A DNA stretch of 64,000 nucleotides from Vicugna vicugna (taxonomy: Eukaryota): positions 7,750,302-7,814,301 of the forward strand of contig MU058065.1 in NCBI GenBank assembly GCA_013265495.1. Reading direction: 5' to 3'. Both the position numbers and the translations under genes were made by a program. Each line of letters opens with the position of its first letter. Position 1 is the stretch's first letter. This document shows positions 54,761 to 64,000 of the stretch, piece after piece. The notes under the pieces are model-generated. The model saw nothing but the letters and a program-made list of their open reading frames with translations. It did no database searches and was not told the DNA's origin.

Positions 54761-55949
54761 GCGGACTTTATCAGATGCTCTGAAGGACACACACACCCTG
54801 CAGCTGCCTTTTCTTTCTCTCTCTTGTCTCTCTCTGATGAACTCACAGTTGCACGGTCTCTTCCCGTTCCTACTCAGTCTCCAGCAGTCTGTCCATCTAT
54901 CTCCTCTCTCTTGTCTCTGCCCCTAAATGTTCTGGTCTGTCTGTCGGCCTGTCTCATCCTCACACAAGCCCTCACTGAGGACTTCCTCCGCGTCATCCCA
55001 TCTCCAGAGACCCCCTGCTCTGCTGGTGCACAATGTTATTTATTACAGACCCAGCATACTTCACTTAACAGACACACTCCCAGCCCCCCACTCTCCTCCA
55101 GCTTTCTCAATTTGAGATGGAGACATCTGGAAACCAGTTTAATAAGGTGGTTGACAGGAAGCTGGTTCCTGGTGGTTCTCGGGGGGGGGCTTCAGGGAGC
55201 CATTCCACAGAGGAAGCTGCAAGCCAGTTGGGTTGATGGACTGCTGGTCTCAGAGAGAATCCTGTCAGCCACTCCAGACAGTTATTTCCCACCTGCACTC
55301 ACAGGAAGTGTCTTCATTTGTCCAGAGAGGAAGGAATGAAGGGGTGGTGGCAACTGCACAGGAAAGTGTCCTGTAATTCCTGCTGAGCCCTCATGAGCTG
55401 TGTGCCCTTGAGTAATACACCAGACTTCTCCATCCAAAAATGGATTTGCCCAGATGAGGTCTCAGATCCCTTCTCACCTTAACATTCTAGAGTCCTGGGG
55501 TGGAGCAAAGCCACCAGGTCAGAGATAGACAGGGAGGGAGAGCAGAAAAAGGCCAGCAACAGTTTACTGACCTGCCACCTGACAGAATCGGTGGGCGTGC
55601 TGTGCTGTGGGACACAAAGATAAAGGATTTGCAGTTGGGAAGAAGAGATGGAACATGTATGTAACTGACATTTCTGCCCCACATCATAGTGCATCTCCCC
55701 ATGCTCCAGGGAGCTCATAACCAGATGGGAGATGCAAAACTTCCATGCACAGGAAAATGAGAGACCAGCAATGACAGAGTATAATTAATGTGACCAAGTA
55801 CTGGATGGCATGGACAAGACGTAATTCCCAAGGACAATGAATAGAGGGCATTATCAGCAGAGTAGGAAGGAATCAAAGAGAGTCTTCTGGAGAGGACAGG
55901 GCTTGAGTTGAACCTTGAAAGACTTGTACCCACGGACAAAGAGGGTGAG

Positions 55950-56096
55950 GATTACCTGGGTCCAGGACAAAGTGAAAATTCAAGGCTACCTGTTTAAAAC
56001 TTACGAAGAATTTCAAGACAGTGACAGCAGAGCATTAAACCAAGCATGAAGCCCTTTTCTAAGTGTGGGGCTCTGACATCCATCAAGCTGGTCCTG
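55950..56096 (-). mobile_element. MER45A-like hAT MITE
   Basis: agaatttcaagacagtgacagcagagcattaaaccaagc. Confidence 0.7.
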
Positions 56097-56109
56097 ACTC
56101 CGGAAGCCT

Positions 56110-56272
56110 GCGGGGGTGCTGGAAATACACTATTTCTTGATCTGGATGATAGTTATGTGGGAATATACTTATGTAAACATTTGTCAAGTTGTACAATTAA
56201 GATTAGTGTATTTTATGCACTCTACTGTGTATATTTTATCTCAATGAAAATATTAACAAATAAAAAATTAAA
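56110..56272 (+). mobile_element. Old L1 3' end
   Basis: ggggtgctggaaatacactatttcttgatctgg...tgtatattttatctcaatgaaaa. Confidence 0.75.
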
Positions 56273-56607
56273 GCAGGGCAAGAAACCAAGGGCTGCTTTC
56301 AAACATGGTCTGGTCAGCCCATTGCCCTTCCTCTATTCTGCACAATTCTCCGGCTCTCAGGAGGTATTTACCACTTCATAAACTCACTTGAAAGAAGCTG
56401 TGGTTTGGGGAGCTGGAGTTCCCACTGTCACACCATGCAGCTACCCTGGGAACTCACAGTGTTTGCTCTCCACCCCAACTAGTATTCTCCCCTCTGAGAG
56501 TTTGTTCCAGCTGAAGCTTGCTGGGATTTCACCCTCTCCTGCCGGCTGTGGGGTGGCCTCCGCCCTCTGTCTCAAGTCAGCTAGAGGACCTGTACTGCGC
56601 TGGGAAT

Positions 56608-57040
56608 TGTACTGAGTTGAGTAGTGTCCCCCAAAAATTAACGTCTACTTAGAACATCAGAATGTGACCTTATTTGGAAATAGCGTCTTTGCAGACGTAA
56701 TTAATTAAGATGAGGTCATGCTGGAACAGCTTGGGCCCCAAACCCAGTGGCTAGTGTCCTTATAAGAAGGTCATGTGGAGACACACAGCAGGGGAAGAAG
56801 GCGTGTCATGATGGAGGAAGAGACTGGGATGATGCCACTACAATCCATGGAAGGCCAAGGATTGCCAGGAGCCACTAGCAGCTGGGGAGGGGCAAGGAAA
56901 GATTCCTCCCCAGAGCCTTTGGAGGGAGCATGGCCCTGTCAACACTTTGATTTTGTATTTCTAGCCTACAGAACTGTGAGACAATGCATTGCTACTGTCA
57001 CCACATTTGTGGTAATTTATTATAGCAGCCCTATCATGTT
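56608..57040 (+). mobile_element. MLT1 (B/C-like) solo LTR
   Basis: tgtactgagttgagtagtgtcccccaaaa...gaatgtgaccttatttggaaatag...tttgtggtaatttattatagcagcccta. Confidence 0.9.
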
Positions 57041-58939
57041 AGGCATAGTACTTATACACTGTGCCCTCTCATCTGCTCCCACTCCCTCCCACCTCAGAGT
57101 CTTCTCCTGACTCCAACCCCTCTGCCAGCAGATCCCCAGCCTCTCCTAAAGGGTCTTCCATTCTGGTCCTGCTGTCCAGCGACTCCTGTTGAATATGAGA
57201 CCATGAAAACCTGGTCCACCAACACCTGGTCCACCCACACAGCCCCGTATTTCCTCTCCCTGGAACTTCGATGTTGATACTGACAGTGACCCTGATAGTA
57301 GTGGTGATGGTGTTGTGCATGTGTATTTGCAGGGTGCTGGGTTTTAGAAACCTGAGGCATGGCTGTGCTTGCAGTAAGGCACCTTGCCCCCTCCAAAACT
57401 CCCAGGAGGGCAGCCTGCTTATAACCATCAGGACAGAAGACAATTCCTGGCAAAGGGAAGGCAAGAGTTCTTACTCTGTCACAAAGATGGGGGGTGGGGG
57501 TGGTCCCTTGAGAAGGAAGAGCCTGCTGAAGACTCTTATCCTCCCTCTCCCTTGCCAGTTCCTTTTTCAGACAGATGAGAATCCATCTTTCTCAAAGATC
57601 TCCAGAAAAGAGAGTCCACTGCTTGCCTTAATCTTTAGGTTCCATTGTCCCACCTTCTCCTCTGTTCTCCAGCAATAAGAACTAAGGGTGGACAGCAGAC
57701 AGTGTCAACACTGAATTTAAATCCCAGAATTCACCAGCCATGAGAATATAAGCAACTTTATTTACTTCTGTAGGCGTCTATGTCCTTACTTGAGGAATTA
57801 AATATTTTCTTCTAGCTCTTTATTCACACCACTGAGGTGACCTATACTGCTATGTTGTAAGGGGTTCATAGAGTTTAGAAAGTTTCCTTGACGGTAAGAC
57901 CAGTGTTATCTTCTTTCATCTTCCGTAGAACCATTGTGGGCTCTCGTTAAAGCCAAGTATGCTTGGCTATCCTAAGGGCATCTCAATATATCCTTATTGA
58001 TTTCATTAAATGCTTCTAGCTTAGAAAGAGCCAGAGGTTGGTGGGGAAAAGGAGAATGGCTTTGATGAGTATTTTCTGCAAAGATGTACCAGGTAAAGCA
58101 GAGGAAATAGAAGTAGAAAGGGGTCACTCTGTAATGTGTGGCCCTCCATGCTCCCCAGGCTCCCAGGATTCTTTAAGACTACCTGCTAAAATGGTGTGAG
58201 CTGGCCGTCCTGGAAGCAAGAAGCTAGACTGTGATCCTTTATATCTTCCTCAGGCCTGTTAATCCAATGGGCGGTTCATCAATCACTCACCATCAGTCAC
58301 TTTTCTTAACTCTCACTCCACTCAAAAGAGAGGAATGAGGCAAGTATGTGGGTATTTCAAAAATGTGAAAGCGTAGACTGTCCAAGCTAGGAAGTGTCCT
58401 GGAGGCTCCATGGACACTGGAGCCTCCATGGTTCACCCCTTTACTTTTCAGTAGAGGCTTAAGAGGGGAAGTAACCTGCCCAGGATCACACAGCAAATTC
58501 ACAGCCAAGGACTAAAACTCGGCATTGTCACCTGTGCCATGCTACCTCCACCGCTGCCTATCAACTACTTCCTTCCCTAGGGCACTGAAGGCCCTTGCCC
58601 AAGAGCCCCAAACCAGCTCCAGGCCAAGTGGAAAACACCACCCCTCTCACACCCAAATCGCCCAGTTTTTCCTCAAGAACCAGAGTGACTGGCCAACAGG
58701 CCAGATGTTGCAGCAGAGAGTGTGGCCATGCACCCTCCTGTGCTAAGGGCTTCCTGATTGACTCAAATTATTTCCTATTTTACTCCATTGCTTTCTTCCC
58801 TGGCCTTATTTCATTTATTTCTGGGTCCTTGGAGGCTGAGTTCTCTTACAGAGACGAGTTTAGGCATCTTGAAGAATAAGTTCTCTGTAAATGGAAGTTC
58901 CTTTCCCAAACTCATTCAACACAATTCATTCTCCACCCA

Positions 58940-59445
58940 GCTGACAGAGTGTCAGAGAACTTAAGCCCCTGGTTTAAAAGCCCTTCATTGATTGTCCACC
59001 CCATTTAGAATAAAATCCAAACTGACTCTCCACCCTAGCCCACAGGACTTATATGCACTGGACCCTGCCATAGACTCTGCCCTCACCCTCGCCTGGACCA
59101 CTGGTGTACTGCCCCTCCACTCCCCACTCAGAGCCTCTCCATGTGAAACACTCTTTGTTTGGCTGGCTTCTTCTTAACCTTTGGTCTCATCTGAAATGGA
59201 AATTTCTCAACCTTGTTACTTCCTCCATAGTACTTATCTCATTCTGAAGTGAACGTGTTTGTTTGTTTGTTTGTTCAATTCTCTGATTCTCCACTAGGCC
59301 ATGGTCTCCATGCAAGCATGAGTAATATTTTTATGATGACCAGTGAATCCCAGTGCCTAGCATCATGCCAGACACAGTAGGTGCTCAATAAGTACTTGAT
59401 GAATAAACTAATGAATACAAAAATGAATGAAGGAATTAATGAAGA
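58940..59445 (+). mobile_element. L2 3' region
   Basis: ttaaaagcccttcattgattg...ttagaataaaatccaaact...cccagtgcctagcatcatgccagacacagtaggtgctcaataagtacttgatgaat. Confidence 0.85.
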
Positions 59446-59929
59446 ACTGGGAGTCTATCTTTCATGCAGAGACTCATCTTTGATTATAAAGTTTGGCTAC
59501 ACAGGAACTGAACTCACTCTGGCCAGGTTTCTACTGTTCTACTGGTTTTTGTTGTTGTGAGAAGTGGAGAAATGGAGTTCTTGAATTCTAACTCTTCCTC
59601 TATACAGCCAGAGACTTGGCTACATGGCCTCTTGGGTAGAAATCTTACCACTGGGGATACAAAGCAGGATTCCCTTATCCCCACCTCTGCCTGAAGAGAG
59701 ATCTGGAGGCAGTAGGCCTGCCTATAGCCTTAACCATCTATGCTGAGGTGGCCTAGAAAAACCCAGCATGTGTTATTAAAGCATGCATGCACACACACAC
59801 CCTGCATGACTCTCAATATGCACACTGCTTTCACTTGAAGTGTCTTGGCTCTGTTGACGTCTCCCTACCATTCTTTAACAAAGCCTGTATCAGGTCTTCT
59901 TTAAAACCATGGTGGGTAGATCAGCAGCC

Positions 59930-61270
59930 AAAATATAAGACTAAGTATAAAACCAGTAGAAGAAACCAAAGAGCTATATATTTATGACCTCAGATTTGGC
60001 AATATATTCTTAGATTTAACACCAAAAGGGTGAGCCATAGAAGAAACTGACTGCATAAAAATTTAAAATTTTTGTGTGTCTAAGGACATCACCAAGAGGG
60101 CAAAGACAATGTACAGAATGGAAGAAAATATTTGCAAATCATTTATCTGAAAAGAGTCAAATATCCAGAAAATATGGAACTCTTATAACTCAAATACAAC
60201 AAAAAGAAAAAGAAAATGACCCAATTTAAAGTGTGGGCAGAGGACTTGAACAGACATTTCCCCAAAGAAGATACACGCTTAAATGGCCAATAAGCAAGTG
60301 GAAAAATATTCAACATCATTGATTATTAAAGAATGCAAATTAAAGCTGCAGTGATATACCACTTCAGATCCACCAGGATGGCTATAATAATAGGAAACAA
60401 AGAAATAAAGAAAATAACAGAAAAACAAACAGTGTTGGAGAGACTGTGCAGAAATAGGAAACTTCATGCCCTACTATGGGAATCTAAATGATGCAATCAC
60501 TGTGGAAAACAATCTGACAGTTCCTCAAAAAGTTAAGCAGAATTATACACAATCCAGCAATGCTAATACTAGGTATATACCCCAAAATAACTGAAAACAG
60601 GTACTCAAAAAATGCTTGTTCATGAATGTTCACAGCAGGAATATTCACAACAGAAAAAGGTAGAAACAACTCCAAATGTCATCAATAGATGATTGGATAA
60701 ATAAATTGTGGTATATACATACAATAAAATACTATTCAGCCAAAAAAGGAATAGAGTACTGAGAGATGCTACAATTTAGATGCTACAATCGTGAAAAAAC
60801 ATACTAAAAAAAATAAAGAAGCGGTTGAACACAAAAGCTTACACTGTATGATTCCTTTTCTATGAAATATCCAGAATAGGCAAATCCATAGAGACAAAAA
60901 GAAAATAAGTGGTTGACAGTGGACAGGGGAAGGTGGGAATGGGGAGCAACTACTTAATGGGTATTAGATATTCTTCTGGAGTGAAGAGAAAGTATTAAGC
61001 CTAGACAGAGGTGATGGCTGCACAATATTATGACTGCACTAAATGACACTGAATTGTATACTTTATTTATTTATTTTTGCTTTCTCTTTACTTTCTTATT
61101 TTATTAGGGGGAGATAATTAGGTTTATTTATTTATTTAGGACCTCATGCATGCTAAGTATGGGCTCTACCACTTGAGCTATACCCACCTCCACCAAATTG
61201 TACACGTTAAATTGGTTCATTGTATGTTATATGAACTTTATCTTAATAAAAATGATAATAAATAACTGTT
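59930..61270 (+). mobile_element. L1MB-like ORF2 end plus 3'UTR, degraded
   Basis: agaaaatatttgcaaatcatttatctg...aacagacatttcccc...tatgaaatatccagaataggcaaatccatagagac...ttatcttaataaaa. Confidence 0.88.
61063..61194 (-). mobile_element. Internally deleted vic-1-like SINE inside the L1 3'UTR
   Basis: gggggagataattaggtttatttatt...aggacctcatgcatgctaag...gagctatac; imperfect TSD aattgtatac/aattgtacac. Confidence 0.85.
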
Positions 61271-61369
61271 TTTAAAGCTATGGAGAAAGAATAATGTATC
61301 TGTGTACTGCTGGGAGACCCCACAGTGCTACCCCAGAAAGACATGGCAGTGTCACAGCTGTATGTGTTC

Positions 61370-61491
61370 ATGATGTGGACTCTAGTGCTGATCAACTGGA
61401 TTAGGATCCTGACTCCACGTCTTGCTAATTGAATGACCTTGGGCAATTAGGCCCCAGTACCTTAGTTTTCCTATCTGTAAAATGGGGATGA

Positions 61492-61552
<61 letters not shown>

Positions 61553-61625
61553 GATGTTGGAAGATCAAATCAGTTAATACACACAGTTTTTAGAGCACAC
61601 CTCATGCAGGATAAGTGTTCAGTAC
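61370..61625 (+). mobile_element. MIR SINE with an (ATT)n expansion at ~61492-61550
   Basis: gaatgaccttgggcaatt...ttagttttcctatctgtaaaatgggg. Confidence 0.85.
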
Positions 61626-62183
61626 CTCTGAGCCTTTCCTGTTCCCATAGGTTTAGGAATTTCATCTGAAATTGCCACCTTCTACCATACCTTCCTCCAG
61701 AGTGCCCTGCCATGTTTACTTTTAAGCTTAGGGTATATTTATAAGATAGATTAAGGGTGGCCATGACCAAATTTGGCCCTGGGGGTGTTTCAACCTTATA
61801 GAAGGATAGCTTACTTGAGAAAGAGCATTTAGTGGCAGCTCCTAGTTCTGGGATCAGAGTTGGGGTGGAAAGGATATAGGAAAAATTACAACAGGAGGAG
61901 AAAGGCAGAACTCTGGCCCTTCCAGGTTCCTGGGAATATCCAAGTGGGAGCCTCCCACAATGTTTGGCCACATTAAATTAAACGAGTTTCTCCCAATCTC
62001 CCTCACCCCTACAGCTGTGGCCACAGATGATGCATGAAAAATTAGAACTGAATTCTCTCCAACTTCAGGAATTTGCATATGGTTTCTGTAAAGCTATTTA
62101 GTTAATATTTTTATTTCAGTAGACTTCCTTTTTTACGTTAATAAATTTTATTTTATGGGAAATTTTACACTACTACTCTAAAT

Positions 62184-62406
62184 CAAGAACAGCAAACAAA
62201 GGCCTGTCGGCCAAACCTGGCCAGCCACCTGTTTTTTCAAATAAAGTTTTATTGTAACGCAGCCATGCCCATCTGTTTGCATGTTGTCGATGGCTGCTAT
62301 TGCGTTCCAACAGCATGGTTAAGTAGTTGCAATAGAGACCTTATGGCCTGCAAGGGCAAAAGAATTTACCAACTGGCTCTTTGCAGAAAAAGTTTGTCTA
62401 CCCCTT
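62184..62406. mobile_element. MER58A-like MITE
   Basis: ggccaaacctggccagccacctgttttt...aaataaagttttattg...ctggctctttgcagaaaaagtttg. Confidence 0.88.
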
Positions 62407-62524
62407 CTCTTAGCAAAAACCAGCAACACATAACTAGAAGGGAAAAGCAAAAAATAATATACTGGAAACAAAATAGTATCAAATTCCAGCTAGGGTCTGT
62501 TATTTTTACTCAATAAAATAAATA

Positions 62525-62915
62525 TCCATTCCATTCCTTTATTCATTATATATTGAGCACTTGCTCAAGACACTCTGAGAGATTCTGGGGACACAAAGAC
62601 TAACAAGATAGAAAGGTCCCTGCTTTCATGGGGTTTATGCTCTAGTGGAGATGGACAGGCATTGAAAAATGATTACCCCCCCTTATACAAAAAATGAGAT
62701 ATCCAGTTTATCTTTGATTTTCATTGTGACAGAAAACAACAACAAAATACCTAACGGATGACTGAGAGTTGGGTAGAGGGTCCTTTCAATTGGGGGCTCA
62801 AGGAAAATCTCTCTGAGAAGGTGACATTGCCAGAATTCCTGGAAGAAAGAACAGAAGGTACAAAGGCCCTGAGGCAGAAATGGGCTTGATGTGTTTGTTC
62901 TGGGCAACTGGATGG
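62525..62915 (-). mobile_element. L2 fragment
   Basis: tattgagcac...tggggacacaaagactaacaagata...ggtccctgctttcatgg...tctctgagaaggtgacatt. Confidence 0.8.
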
Positions 62916-63099
62916 CCATCTCTGATATTGTTCCACCAGTCTGCGCACACAGGGGGCTATTGATTTGGTTTGTCACGTTGTTTTTTGGAGGGAAACATAC
63001 CTATTTCATTGACTTTTGGGGCATTATGCTGCCTAAGGGCTGGATCTGGGCCTGAAGCATGACTCTGAACCATTCTTGGGGAGAACCATGAAGTGGGGT

Positions 63100-63490
63100 G
63101 CCCCCCTGGGTTCTCTGGAGGCAGGTGCTGAGATGGAGCTTGGGGGAATGCTATTTACTAGGGATCAACACTCATAAAAGGAAAGAGGTAGAAGTAGAAT
63201 TGGGCAGAGGAAGAAGCTAAACCACATATGAGGTAGCCCGATGAGGCCTTGGTCAAGCTCTGGGCAGCTCCAAGTGAGCACCGCTGCTCAGTCAAGCAGA
63301 ACTAGCCAGGCCTATGTGCCTCACCTTGCAAGGTCACTGGAGGTAGGTTACCTAACAAAGGCATGACCTTGAACAAAGTGGTTCTCTGTGCTGGGGCTCA
63401 CCCTGAAGGAGCTGACAGCTGGAAACTGTCTACCGACAGGATACCTGCAACTGGGCAACAAGTCCTTTCCAGAAAGGGCATCGGGTTGTG
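63100..63490 (-). mobile_element. ERVL LTR16-like solo LTR
   Basis: gggttctctggaggcaggtgctgagatggag...gggatcaacac...gaagtagaattgggcagaggaagaag. Confidence 0.7.
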
Positions 63491-64000
63491 TGTCTCCAGG
63501 TCACTCAACAGGGGAAACACGTTCCCTGAAGAATGTGATACGTCCTCTTTCCGTTGTTCTACCCCAAATCCCTGGCCCTCTGTGTATCTCCAATTCTCCT
63601 TAGAACCGTATAGTCAGCTAAGGCATCAGCTGGACTGACTTATAGGACAAAAGTTTTCCTTTGAGGACTCAAAGATGGAAAGTCATCAGGAACCAATAAA
63701 TAAATAAATGTGTCCACTAACTCTTCTAATAAGAAATTATGAGTCAGATTACTGTACATAGCAGAGAAAAACTTAGAAGCTCAGCTACCATGTGCAGTTG
63801 GGGTTCGTGCTCCTAAAAACACCCTTAATAGACTCCCAGCTTCTAGGGAGCCTTGTGAGCCTGGCCCGCCCTGAAGCCCTCCATACTTTGGTCCCCTGGA
63901 CACCGGCAGCTTCCCCGGGCCTGGCTGACTAATTCACCACAGTGATCGGGAGAACCAGTGTAGTTACTCACCAAAAACCACTGGACTGGATCAAAGGTCC

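Noticed and set aside
60764..60789. Short tandem duplications (also near 390-420, 12980-13012, 42547-42575, 57209-57240)
   Set aside because: These are 11-16 bp slippage duplications that are common in neutral DNA.

Overview
This is mammalian, repeat-rich, non-coding DNA (intergenic or deep intronic). It is most likely from a camelid, because it carries three copies of a tRNA-Ala-like SINE resembling the camelid vic-1 family plus young L1 3' ends of cetartiodactyl type. No intact protein-coding gene is supported; the ORF track is noise apart from decayed L1 ORF2 pieces and a hAT transposase remnant. The standout element is a chimeric retrocopy at about 31139-33566, where the first ~70-78 nt of U3 snoRNA are fused in the same orientation to a 2.35 kb 5'-truncated young L1. 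The whole unit sits inside one 12-bp target-site duplication (TSD), with a 7-nt AAACCAC microhomology at the junction. Other observations: an ERV1-type solo LTR with a CCAAT/octamer array; a nested HAL1 > old L1 > MIR/MER33/mini-L1 stack containing two micro-inversions; an L1 tail with locally templated filler DNA; a hAT-Blackjack-like transposase fossil; and many MIR, L2, MLT and MER copies. Repeat family names come from my recollection of consensus sequences, not from a database search, and the boundaries of old repeats are approximate.
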